Below, one piece after another: positions 8,384 to 20,200 of a stretch of 64,000 nt of DNA (the first letter of the stretch is position 1; each line of letters begins with the position of its first letter). The position numbers and the translations under genes are program-made. Under the pieces are notes generated by a model, which was not told the DNA's origin, made no database searches, and was given only the letters and a program-made list of their open reading frames with translations. This DNA is from a virus, in the IMG/VR virus record IMGVR_UViG_3300029024_000001. The stretch is one strand, 5' to 3'.

Positions 8384-11227
8384 ATGAGATTACGAATCAT
8401 AAAAAATCGTCCGATATTCGCTCCTGGCGGTAGTGTTCAGGATAAGAGACAGGATATTAATGTATCCTCTACTCAGCCTATTCTTGATTATGGAACGCCT
8501 GTTAATAAATGGGGTGAATCTGATATTCAGAATATATATATGCCTTCTGATGTGACTTTAGAAACAGATGAGGGGGAGATAAATCCATTTAGTAGTATGC
8601 CTACATCCGATCCGTTTTTTGAAAATCATGATGCAGGATATGCAGGATATCTCGCTGATAATAGGGGCATGGTTAAAAACGTAGAGAAATCAGTCGTTGA
8701 TAATGCAATGAATTTAGGTGGTGTTGATGCTGATTCCTCTAAAGAAAAACGTTCCCAAGATGGTAATCCTCTTGATCCTATGACTATGCCATATTATTCG
8801 CCTGATCTTGGAAGTAGGGCTCAAATGTTCGGTACAAGCCTTGGTCGGATAAGAGCCGGTAATAAGATAGGTGCTAATGTGGCTCAAGCCGCCTTGTCTG
8901 GTGTTAGTTTAGGATTAGGTCTTACTCGTAATATCATGGGGGCTTCATCTGCTGCATATGCTGCCAGCAGAGACGAGCAGGCTGCAAGGGAAAAACTTGC
9001 CAAGGAGCGTCGTCAGCAATTCATCAAGTGGGAACGTGAAGGTGGTGGCGTGAATTTAGGTAACGGTCAGAAGATGGATACGTCTGATATGACCGGCGAA
9101 TATATTTATCCTCTTCCCAAGTCTATGGAAGATGCTGCGAATGTAGAGATAGAGAAAGGCGAGTACGTGCTGACTCCTGACTCCGTAGGGCCTATGGAAG
9201 CCAAAGGGGACAGACATGAAAATGGTGGTACTCCGGTTGATTTGCCAGAGGCTTATATTGTTTCCGATTATCGTAAGATAGATGATGAGTTTGCCTCTTA
9301 CGTTAGAGAAAATTATGGTATTAAGGCAACGTCAAAAGATACGTATGCTACACTCCTTGATCGATATAAGAAGAAGATTGGTTTGTCTGATAAGTACGAA
9401 GATCAGGAGCGTGTATATAAGAGATTAGAGAAAAATGAAGATGTAAAAGACAAAAACACATCTAATCTTAATGCTTCTATTCTTTCCAAGTACGTCAATG
9501 AAAACCAGAAAGAGATAGACGAGCTTGAAGCACAATTTCGTTCTTTCGCTGAAATCGTTTATGGCAAACAGGAAGAATCTAAGCGTAACGAGAAGATGGA
9601 TGCTTTTTTCAGGGATGGCGGGGTTGTTGATCTGAATCAGGTAAAGAAACAAGCTAAGGCTTTTAATATTGCAGAATCAGATGCTAAGAACTGGATATAT
9701 GACGAGTATGTTAAGCAAACCAGAAAAATGGCTGAAGGTGGACCTACTCAGAAGGAGCTGGAGGAACTTAGAAAGAATGCTATCGGCTACAATAAGCTTA
9801 TCAATCAGTTATTTGGACGAACTCTTAATATGACTGTATCTGATGTTAGTGGTCGTGAGCAGATTCTTAATCCTGATTCCAGTGTCAATGCCAACCAGAA
9901 TCTCCAACATAGAAGCAATTTAGGATACGGCAGGGTAAATGATAAGGCGGTATCTAATTTGCTCGACATAAACCGATGGGCTAACAAGTACAATACGGAT
10001 GGTGATTTTGATACAGAAGGTTTCCAGAAAGGATACAACAGGCAATTAAATGCATTGTGGGCGTTAGCTGATGTAGGCGCTATTACGAATGCTGATGCAG
10101 CCAAGAAATTCAGAGATGAATACGGATTCTGGGGCCAGGACGCCGGAAGCTACGGAGGGAATCAGACTTATAATTCATTTGCCGTAGATGATAAGTTTGG
10201 TCAGACAACAGCTACTCGTTCTTATTATGGGTTGGACGTTGTTTCGGCAGAGCAAAAAAGATTGTTAAACGAAAAAGGGATAAAGAATTATGTTGACTTA
10301 TTTGGTGATAAATCTGATGCCGCTAAGAAGATTCTGGGCTCCGATTATAATAAGTTTGTTGCTTTAAGAGATAGTGGGTTAATGCCGGAAATAGACTTCG
10401 TTCTTGAGTCTGTTAAACCAGAAATGAAGCCTATTGAGGCCGGTCCCATAGCACCAGGCCTTACACCGCCTAAGATTGGATCTCCTGGAAGGATAGAGGT
10501 AAAACCGAAAGCAAGTACGCCTACGACTGCAACCGACACCGATACAGAGGAGGTGGTTGAAGACAACGGACCTAAAGGACAGGGCAGACCGGCGGCGTTC
10601 GGTCCTATCTTCCCGGAGATGCTGAGAACGCTCGATACAGGCTTGGAGATAGAAGGTCTGGAAAGACATCAGGCTCCGAGAATAGACCCAGTTCTTCAAT
10701 CTGCTGATCAGTATATCAACGAGCTCAACCGCGCTACATCGGCTCAGTTAGACGCAGTAGGTGACGTGCCCGACTCCCAGCGGGCTGCTATTCTGGCTAA
10801 TATGAACGCCATAGCTGGAAGCAATATAGCCAAGTACGTTAATGAAGTAAATTTCAATAACGCAAGGCAAATAAACGAAGCTGATAGATTCAATGAAATG
10901 GCTTATGTTCAGACAGATGATAAGAACATAGCAGAAAGGCAACGTTATGAATCTGGGTTGTTGAAAGCTATGGCTATAAGGGATGAAAATCTTGCTCGTT
11001 ATTATGACAGTATAAACAGCGAGATACAGAATAAGTTTAATGTTCGAACTTCATTAAATACCATAGCATCCATAGCTCCGAATATGAGAATGCTTCCAAG
11101 TGGTCAAATTATTTACGTTCAAGGCAATCAGGATGTGATGAATATGGGTGATTATTCTACACCTTATTTGAAGAGCTTGGAGGATGATGAAGAAGATAAA
11201 TATAAAAAGAGAAGGAGAAATAGCTGA
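8384..11227 (+). CDS. Giant virion or tail-associated protein of about 947 aa
   Basis: It is a long ORF in the structural block. I chose the start at the first ATG after the promoter motif. The stop TGA overlaps the next ATG. Confidence 0.6.
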   Translation: MRLRIIKNRPIFAPGGSVQDKRQDINVSSTQPILDYGTPVNKWGESDIQNIYMPSDVTLETDEGEINPFSSMPTSDPFFENHDAGYAGYLADNRGMVKNVEKSVVDNAMNLGGVDADSSKEKRSQDGNPLDPMTMPYYSPDLGSRAQMFGTSLGRIRAGNKIGANVAQAALSGVSLGLGLTRNIMGASSAAYAASRDEQAAREKLAKERRQQFIKWEREGGGVNLGNGQKMDTSDMTGEYIYPLPKSMEDAANVEIEKGEYVLTPDSVGPMEAKGDRHENGGTPVDLPEAYIVSDYRKIDDEFASYVRENYGIKATSKDTYATLLDRYKKKIGLSDKYEDQERVYKRLEKNEDVKDKNTSNLNASILSKYVNENQKEIDELEAQFRSFAEIVYGKQEESKRNEKMDAFFRDGGVVDLNQVKKQAKAFNIAESDAKNWIYDEYVKQTRKMAEGGPTQKELEELRKNAIGYNKLINQLFGRTLNMTVSDVSGREQILNPDSSVNANQNLQHRSNLGYGRVNDKAVSNLLDINRWANKYNTDGDFDTEGFQKGYNRQLNALWALADVGAITNADAAKKFRDEYGFWGQDAGSYGGNQTYNSFAVDDKFGQTTATRSYYGLDVVSAEQKRLLNEKGIKNYVDLFGDKSDAAKKILGSDYNKFVALRDSGLMPEIDFVLESVKPEMKPIEAGPIAPGLTPPKIGSPGRIEVKPKASTPTTATDTDTEEVVEDNGPKGQGRPAAFGPIFPEMLRTLDTGLEIEGLERHQAPRIDPVLQSADQYINELNRATSAQLDAVGDVPDSQRAAILANMNAIAGSNIAKYVNEVNFNNARQINEADRFNEMAYVQTDDKNIAERQRYESGLLKAMAIRDENLARYYDSINSEIQNKFNVRTSLNTIASIAPNMRMLPSGQIIYVQGNQDVMNMGDYSTPYLKSLEDDEEDKYKKRRRNS

Positions 11228-14200
11228 TGGCTTCACAATATAGTATTCTAAGGCAATATGCCCCGTATGTTAGTCCTTACAACATAGATCTTGTTAAGGA
11301 TGTTATGATGTACAAACAGCAGAAGGTTGATGCTGCTCGTGAAAAGATCTATACCCAGGTAGATTATCTTATGGGTCAAGAAATAGATAAGCCTGAAGCC
11401 CGTGCTTATATGGAAGATAAGATGTCAGGTGTGATTGCTAACATCAATCAAAAATTCAAAGGCGTGGATCTTTCTTCTGATGGTGTTACGAGAGCCATAC
11501 AAGGAGAGATCAGTTCGGTGTTAGATGATACGGTCATTAACGCGATTGCCGGAACAAAAGAAGGCAAGAGGGTTATGAAGGAAATAGAATCTATAAAACA
11601 GAATCATCCTGAACTTTATTCTCCTATTAATGAATGGCATGCTTTGGATCCTTATTACAAATGGAGGTCGGATGGTAAAGCAGGATCAAGGTTAGGAGGT
11701 CTTCATTATTCTCCTTATGTCAATTATACTAAGGAGATAAATAAGCTGGTTAGTGACTTTAGGAAAAATAACGAAGGCAAGAAGATTCAGACAACAGAAT
11801 ATGATGTTAAAGGTAATCCTACTGGTGGTATTATAGAAGTTAATGTAGATGAACTTACAGATTCCCAGATAAGGAATTTTGTGTCTGCTAACTTATCTGA
11901 AAATATGAGGAATCAGATGAGAATAGAAGCATCGTACATGGCAGCCACCAATCCGGTGTTCAGTAATCCGGATTTGGTTAGTCAATACATTGGGTCTTAT
12001 GTAGAAAGATACGATAGGCACATAGGAGCATTGGAAGCAAAAAAGAAATCAGTAGGGGATAATAAGGATATTATTGATCGTATTGACAGTCAGATACAGG
12101 AAGCTAAAAATCAGAAAGCCGGAGCCAAGAGGGAGGCAGATATGATAATAGCTTCGTCAGATCCGGTAGCTGCTGCTAATTTTGTTGTCACCAATAATCT
12201 TTTCGATAAGATGGTTGATGCATGGAGATACGACAATACAAGTTTTGAAAGGAAGAAAGATGATCTTTATTTTGCAAGGTTGGCAGAGGATAGGGCTCAG
12301 CAAAAGTTTTTGACTGATAATGCCAAGTCTATGGTTGAAATATCATTGGCGAATGAGCAGCTTGCTCAGGCTAAGATTGAAACCGAATACATGCGTACTT
12401 ACGGTTCCAAGATGGGCACTGAAAGCTCATCCGGAGGCACAAGAGGAACAGGCGGTGTAGGAGTGCCGATGGCTCCTATGGACGGGCCTACGGCTATCAA
12501 TTCTGGAACGGGTAAGATAGGATCTGTTAATTTGGCTAATATCCCTTATGAACAACTCACATCTTCTTCCACAGAGCGTAGAGCAAATTTATTGAAATTA
12601 TATAATTCATTATCTCCTACAGACAGAAGTAATATCGTTGAAGCATCATACGAAGAAGAAAAAACTGACCCAGGATTGTATGATAATATGACTCCTGAAG
12701 AACGGATATATTCTTATTTAAAAAATAATGGAGGTCAGAAAAACGGATATTTCGGACAAGGAAATAACAGATTGTCTGAAGCTTATGATGCTTTACTTCT
12801 TTCTGATTCTAAGGCAAATGGAGCTGCAAAGGCTATAAATAACATAACTGATTATCAAATAGATAATATAGTTACTAAAAAAAATAAGGATATTATCAGT
12901 AAAGTTCGTAATGCTAAGTTTATGAAAGGAAATTCTTTTATAAATCTTACCGATACAGATGACAAGGCTGGAGCCTTCCTACTCGCCACAGCCATAACAA
13001 CTGGTGTATCTGATGCCGTAGGGTTCAGAGAATACATGATGGACCCTTCAAGAGGAATAGATATTCTTAGTGCTATATCTCCGTCATTAGGAGCTAAGGT
13101 GAGTGCCGGCAAGTTGGGGAAAAACATATCTGATGCTATTACAAGCGAGAATAATGGTTCTTCTACCGGTACATTGGCTCTTATTAATGGAATGAAGAAA
13201 CTCAATGGCGATCCTGATTTTAATATATCTGATTATATTACCATAGATAAGGATGGTGATATAGATTTAAAAGATTATCAGGAGGGTGAACCATTAACTA
13301 TTACCCAGCTAAGATATGCTGAGAAAAATAGTAGGGTGTCTGATATGATAGCGGGTCAGATGCAGGACGAGATAAAAATGTCTGTATCTCCCGATCAGAT
13401 TTCTGATAAGTTATCTCAGTATCATTATCTTGATTCTTACAAAAGATATAATTGGAATGCTGATTCACCGGAAAAGTCTTTACAGAAGGCTCAGTTTAGA
13501 AGATTGTCTGGTTACATGGCAGGAAAGGTAAACAATCTGGATCCTACTGCTATTAATACCATCAACATGGACGCCGAGATAGATAATGGCACTGTCAGAA
13601 GATTTTTGACTGCTCAAGTAGGATCCGGTAGAGACTCTTATGTTACAGAAAGGGTTGAGATTACGAATGATGAACTTCTTAAGGCAGGTATAGATCCTTC
13701 GGTTGAGGAGCGTAATTATCCGGTAGATGGTTACAAATCAAGTTTTGGAACCTGTGATTTTGTAGATACCGGAAAGAAGGAAGGTTATTCTTATGATAAG
13801 TATCTTATACGTAATGGTCTTCCCCGTTTGGCTTCTAAGGCTGATGTCAAGAATGATCTTTATGATATAGTAAAAATACATGGTTCTTACCTTAAGCCAG
13901 AAGAAATGAATGTTGTTAAAACCCTTGTTGATAATTTTATTGACATGTCTGATAATATATCAGTTCAGTTGGAAGGAATGGATGATAGGGGTTCGAGAGA
14001 GGTAGCGGTCAATTTCTATGACAAAAGGACTAAAAATTCTAAAAATCCTGCATTGTTATTCTCGGATTTTGTTCCTTTGGATCCAGGTAATGATGAGTAT
14101 GCGGATTACTGGAATAACATTCACCAGAAGTGTCCTCAGTATTTCTTTGTAAAATACGTGAAGGAAGCTGTTCAGGAGCGTCTTGATCAGATGAGGGATC

Positions 14201-14292
14201 CATATATGAGAGGGATGGATATTACGCCCAACAATAACGATAAGTTTAGTAAGTTGAACGATTTTTTGCAAAAGCTTTATGGCAACAGATAG
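11227..14292 (+). CDS. Giant virion-associated protein of 1021 aa
   Basis: It is a long ORF coupled to its neighbours by ATGA and 14-nt overlaps. Confidence 0.6.
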   Translation: MASQYSILRQYAPYVSPYNIDLVKDVMMYKQQKVDAAREKIYTQVDYLMGQEIDKPEARAYMEDKMSGVIANINQKFKGVDLSSDGVTRAIQGEISSVLDDTVINAIAGTKEGKRVMKEIESIKQNHPELYSPINEWHALDPYYKWRSDGKAGSRLGGLHYSPYVNYTKEINKLVSDFRKNNEGKKIQTTEYDVKGNPTGGIIEVNVDELTDSQIRNFVSANLSENMRNQMRIEASYMAATNPVFSNPDLVSQYIGSYVERYDRHIGALEAKKKSVGDNKDIIDRIDSQIQEAKNQKAGAKREADMIIASSDPVAAANFVVTNNLFDKMVDAWRYDNTSFERKKDDLYFARLAEDRAQQKFLTDNAKSMVEISLANEQLAQAKIETEYMRTYGSKMGTESSSGGTRGTGGVGVPMAPMDGPTAINSGTGKIGSVNLANIPYEQLTSSSTERRANLLKLYNSLSPTDRSNIVEASYEEEKTDPGLYDNMTPEERIYSYLKNNGGQKNGYFGQGNNRLSEAYDALLLSDSKANGAAKAINNITDYQIDNIVTKKNKDIISKVRNAKFMKGNSFINLTDTDDKAGAFLLATAITTGVSDAVGFREYMMDPSRGIDILSAISPSLGAKVSAGKLGKNISDAITSENNGSSTGTLALINGMKKLNGDPDFNISDYITIDKDGDIDLKDYQEGEPLTITQLRYAEKNSRVSDMIAGQMQDEIKMSVSPDQISDKLSQYHYLDSYKRYNWNADSPEKSLQKAQFRRLSGYMAGKVNNLDPTAINTINMDAEIDNGTVRRFLTAQVGSGRDSYVTERVEITNDELLKAGIDPSVEERNYPVDGYKSSFGTCDFVDTGKKEGYSYDKYLIRNGLPRLASKADVKNDLYDIVKIHGSYLKPEEMNVVKTLVDNFIDMSDNISVQLEGMDDRGSREVAVNFYDKRTKNSKNPALLFSDFVPLDPGNDEYADYWNNIHQKCPQYFFVKYVKEAVQERLDQMRDPYMRGMDITPNNNDKFSKLNDFLQKLYGNR

Positions 14293-17200
14293 TAATGTAA
14301 ATAGATATAATCCTGCTGCTAAAACCACTTACGAAGATGTGGCAAGGCAAAGGAAATTAGCCGAAGAAGAAAATTACACTCCGGCTACATTACCAGAGAC
14401 GACAACGCCTCTGGTTCCTAATTATATGCCGGGAGAGGGCGTGTATGCTCAACCTGAATTTCCAGATTATGCATCAAGGATAGCTGCTGCCCAGTATGAA
14501 GAACCGTATATAGCCAAGGAGATAAGCAACAGCTACTCAGAGGCACTGGCCCGCAACAGCTACAGGGGGGCTACACCCGCCCCGCCGCCTCTTAATCCCT
14601 ATGGACCAAAGGTAAGTATCCGTGAAAGTCATCAGATGGGTAATGATGGGGTATGGCGCACAAAATATCCCAATTATATCCCAGGTATAAATAATGAGGA
14701 TTATTATGCCAGAAGGCAAAGTGGTTGGAGTAAGTTTTGGAATGGTGTAGGTAAATTTGCCTTAAAGTCTGCATTGTATGGGGCCCAGGGAACTATATCA
14801 TTACCCGACAAGCTTATTAATATGGCATCTGAGGGAAGTTATAAGGCAGCTTTGAATACGAACATGGATAAGTTTGTTGGTGATCTTGATCAGCGAATAG
14901 ACATGCTTCTTCCACATTATTACAAGAAAGAAGTAGAAGATTACAATTTTGGTCAGAAGCTTTTTAAGGATACTGGTAATTTTTTATGGAATGACGTCCT
15001 TGGCAACGGAATGTCTTTTACCGTAGGAGCCATGATATCAGCATACATGACCGGAGGACTGGGAGTTGGTTCATTAGGTAACATAGGCGCAAAATTAGGT
15101 GGAAGAGTCGGAGCTAAGCTGGCAGCAAGACAAGCTGCCAATAGAGGTATAGGAAGTCTCAAAAGTGTGTTTAACGACTATGTAAGGAAAGGAGTTGCTA
15201 CCGGGAGGAATGTAGGAGAGGCTGCTAAGACCATGACGTTGTTGGCTACCAGTGCCGGCTTTGAGTCATCGGTTGAAGCAAATTCTTTTATGAAACAATC
15301 CGAATCCGACTTCAAGGATTATTATCGTAAAATTTATGGTCGTGATCCTAATGCTGAGGAAATGGCTGTTTTTCGTAATTCTAATGCTGATGTAGGTAGT
15401 GCGATATTTGCAGCTAATATGGGTATAGTAGGATTGTCCAACTGGCTCTTGTTTGGTAAATACATAGGATTAGGAGGAAAGGCTATACCAGGACTGGAAA
15501 AGAAACTTAATAAGCATCTATTTGGATTAGGGACGGAAGTTACAAAGCCAGGAGAGATGGCTATTAAGATAACCAACCCTAACATAGGACAGAAGATAGC
15601 TGGTAATGTTTTCAATATCATGAAAAGACCTGTGTCCGAAGGCTTATGGGAAGAAGGGTCTCAAGGTGCTGTCCAGAACACGGCTGAAGAATATGTTAAG
15701 TCAAGATATGACAATGTGGCTATGAACGGAGCCGTCGATGTTCTTGATGCTATTTCTGAAGGATTTAAAAAGCAATATACATCTAAAGAAGGGTGGACTG
15801 AAATAGGAATCGGTGCTATTATCGGTTCTTTGTTCGGTATGAGGGAAGGCTTCTTTGGAGTGAAAGAGTATAGTAATAGTCGGATATTGCTGGAAAGGCA
15901 AGTAAATGAATATAACAAAGCATCTTCTAATCTTAATACGGCGGCTTTGAATACGTTGAAAAAGTCAATGAGTTTAGGGCCTCAAGTTCGTTCCGATGCT
16001 CAGTCTATGACCGGCAAGGAGCTTGATGATGCTATGTTTGAAAAGATGTCTATTGACAACCAAATGGGAACCTTAGAGGATTCGGCTGAAAATTTCAGGC
16101 AGATGATTGATATGATGCCTATTTCAGAAATAGCCGAAGCTAACGGAATGTCTTTGGAAGAGGCAAAGAAATACAAGGATTCTATTATTGATAATTACAA
16201 CAATCGTCTTTCTGATTTCAGATCTGCCCAGAGTTTTGCCGAAGATCTTATAGGTGATGACTCTAAGATCGAATTTAGAAAATACGTAGCTCGTAATGCC
16301 TTCCTTGGCCTTCAATCAGAATCAAGGATGAAAGACATAGCTTCTGTCATAGAAACGCTTTCGGGGCAGCCTCGCGTGGCGGATGCGCTAAGTACGTTCT
16401 CCCGGCTGTCGGGCAGGGCGAGGGAGCGGGCGATGGCTATCCGTGGCATACGATCAAGGATAGAAGAACTTGAATCCGAAATAGAAGATCTTGCCACCCG
16501 TCCTCGTAACGTAGATGGAAAAGACCCACAAGCTGAATCTATACAACGAAAAACCAAAGAATTGGAAGATCTTAGAACCAATTACAATAATTCGTTGTCT
16601 GAGTTATCAACGTTAATAGGAAAAGAGTTTTCGATAGAAGAGTTGGTAAGTAAAACCGAATCTGTTTTATCATCACCTCTTTCTCCTATAAGCTCACAAG
16701 ATGTAATAGAGGCTTATGATACGCTCGTGGCTTTTGATGATTATTTCAATGTAAAATCAAGACAAGAAAAGGAGTTTACAGCTAAAGATAAAGCCATGAG
16801 ATCCTTGGTAAATGAATACCGTAGGAGTTTGATAGACTATAGGAATATGAATAACTTCTTGTCTAAGATGCTTGATAAAAGATTCTTAGCCGAGGAAAAC
16901 AGAGGATTTTTAAAAGCGTTGTCTTCTTTATGGTCTACTCCTTATAAGGAGGATGACAAGGTTCCTGATTTTGCAGAGCCTAATAAAGTTGGTGAATATG
17001 ATACTGACGAGGTGGTAGATCAGGCTATGTCAGAAGGTAAGATTTCGGAAGACGAAGCTTGGACTATCAAGGCATTTATGCACGCACTTGATAAAGTAAG
17101 AGAAGATAGGGTGAAGGAAGCGGAAGATAATATAAAAGAGTCGCCGCTTACGGAATCTGTATCGGATGAAGATTATGAAGCTGCTATGGATAACCCTATT

Positions 17201-20200
17201 ATGGTTCCAGTCGTGAGGCAGTCTATAATTGATAAATTATATACAGGAAATGCTGATCTTCTTACTGCAAGGGAAAAAGATGTGTATGATAAACACAAAC
17301 AAGATTTTGATGATTATGTGTCGTCTTTAGGTGACAGTCCTATTAATCTCATAAAATCATTATTCGAAAGGGCTGATAGGCTTACAAGTCCAAGATCTGT
17401 GTATGAGGAAAACAAGACCGTTATTGATATGGCTAAATCAAATTTGGAACCAGATCAAAGACAGGAACTTGATGATGCTATTTCTTCGTATGTGGATATA
17501 ATGAACAGACGGGACAAAGGGGAGAAAGTTGACGAAGATAAGCTTGCCGATTCGGTATTTACCATAGAAGATCTTGGCCAGGTTGGAAACATCACGGATC
17601 TTCTTCCTTATATCGAACAAAACAGGATTATTGATAAAGGTCGTATCTCTGAATCTACGTTGAGTAATTTTGGGGAAGATGATGTTAATATAGATTCTCT
17701 TGTAAATGAATTAGACGAATCCGATAATACGCCGGGAGCCAACATAGATAGTGCCCAGAATCCAGAGACGTTGATGGTAAGAATAATATCCAATGATGGC
17801 AATGAAAGGTATGAAATTGCAGGTCTTAGAGCTGACAAATTTGTATCTTCGATAAAATCATTGGTTCCTATTCAAATAAGTTCTGAAACGAACGCTAATG
17901 GCACTAAAAGGTATTCCCTTAACATAGGTGGAGAAACAGCTAATATAATGGAATTGCCTTATCATGCAAGATGGTCTATAGACAAAGAATCGGCTCGTGT
18001 TCTTAACCGTTACACAGATGTGTCTATTCAGGACGTGGGTAATTCATATTCTTTGGTTTATAAGCGTCTTGATTCAGACGAATTGGTTCCGTACAGAACA
18101 GGTGTTGGATTCGGAGAGAATGAAGTAGATAAAATAGATCAGGAAGCATTATCTTCTTTGAAGAAAGGAGATAAGGTTAATCTTGAGATAGATGCAAATG
18201 ATACCTATAATCAGTCTCTTTTTGCCGAATACAATGATGCTGTTCAGTCCGGTGATAAAAAAAGAATAGAATCTGCTGAAAATAAGCTGGTATCCAATAT
18301 GGTTATCAAGGTTATGAGTGGAAACAGATTCGTTTCTGTTGTAAAAGCTGACACAGGGGGCATAGATGGTATAAGTAAAATAAGAAGAACGGCTTTTAAC
18401 AAGTGGAAGAAGGACGCCGGCCGGTCAGCTACCATCGGCGTCGGCACGCATGTTGTTGCCCAGACCCTTCCTGGAAGACCGGTGTTTAACATGAGAGTAA
18501 ACGGTCAAGGATATGGTCAGGTAGAAAATCTCCCTATTACCGAAAAAGGAGCTGAAAAAGTATCTGATGTGGGGTATGTCTTAAATGGCAAAGTCGTGCT
18601 TAAGAACGGTTCTAAATACACAGGATTCCCATTTGCTTATTCTATATTAAATGACAAGGGGAATAATTACAAAAATGTAAGAGTTCCGGTAGTTGTCATC
18701 AAAGGTAAAAACGGTCTTAATTATCTTTTCCCAGTTAGCCTACGTTCTGTGGAATCAGAGGAAGGGCGGAAATGGATGTCTTTTATAGATATGCTGCTTG
18801 AATCCGGTGATTCTGAATTGCTACAGATGGGTCAAGATGATATACAAGATCTTAATGCGTATCTAACCAAGTTAGGTCTTGATCCGGCTTCGTATCAAGT
18901 ATCGTATTTGAATCCTATTTCAGGTCTTAGAAAAGCTCGTGAGGCTATAGAAGAATTATCTACAGTTCCTGATGTTGTTAAGTGGGTAGAAGATGGAAGT
19001 AGGAGTGTGAAAGACATTGTGACGTCTGAAGTAGAATCTGGAATAGATTTCGAAGGTGAGATGTTTGTTGCTCCTAAGATCAGGATTCAGTTTGGTAAAT
19101 CATCTTCCAGACCTAAATCACTTATAGAGGATGATCTTCCTTTCTCTGATGAGGGTAAGACCGTTACTTCTAAAGAAGACGTGGATGTTTATGAAGAGGA
19201 AATGCCAGAGGAAGGGGCTGTCCGGGAGACTCAGCCGGCGCCATTAGCTCAGCCGACTCCTGCGGCACAAGCTGCGCGGTCTTTACCTGGCAAGAAGCGT
19301 ACCTCCAGGAAAAACTTCTCTCTTATGTTAAACGAAATAGAATCTCATATAGAAAAAGAAGGATTGCCGTCTTATGCTAATATTTTTGATTTTATAGCAA
19401 GGAAGATTGTAGGAGGTGATTTGAGGTTTCTTCGTGAGAGAGGTAATCCTAAAAGCCTTAAGGAAGAAATGGGATTAGAACCTAAAGGAACAGTAGGTGA
19501 TAAAATATCCACTCCTTCCAGTAAAGGTGGTAAGACCTTAGAAGAATACGTTTCTTGGCTTCGTTCTCAAACAGATCAGGTGGTGGTTGATTATGTTGGG
19601 CCAAGATCTGACGAACAAATTATATCAGAGTTGAAAAACTTTTTGAAATATATTAATTTTGTTCCAAGCAAGGCTTTGAATTATTCTCTTAGAGTCAATG
19701 GCATGGATACCCTAAAAGAATATGGCACAAAAGAGGAAGTAGAAAAAATGGAATCTGATATCAATAGTTTGGTTTCTAAAGTTTTGCCTACGGTGGATAA
19801 TAAAACTGTAGAAGATGTTTCTACTGCAATAAAATCAAACAACTTGCCTGCCATATGGGAGCCCGTGGAAAGCCTTGATATGACAAACGAGGAAAAAATA
19901 GAGTTTTTGAATAACGTAGCAGATTTCCTTAGCGGCATACCAGAGTATGATGCTGTCGTGGAGTCTATAGAGTCAGAATCAGATAATATTTTAAATGATG
20001 GAAAAGAAGGAAGTGCAGAAGGCGGTGCAGTACGCACTGAGGAAGATGGCGATAAAAAGGGAGATGGAGAAGGCAAAGGACAATCCAGAACAAATGTCGA
20101 AGTTGAAAGAAATGTCGAATTACCTGGATCTGAAGAAGGAAGAGTAGATAACTATAGGAAGAACGGAGATAAGTTCTCTGACATTGCTGAAGTTACTTTA

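Noticed and set aside
13240-13275. A DKDGDID motif in the 1021-aa protein as the DxDGD catalytic motif of a crAss-type virion RNA polymerase
   Set aside because: It is a single short acidic motif with no recognisable double-psi beta-barrel context. It could equally be a calcium-binding loop. It is not enough to call an RNA polymerase.
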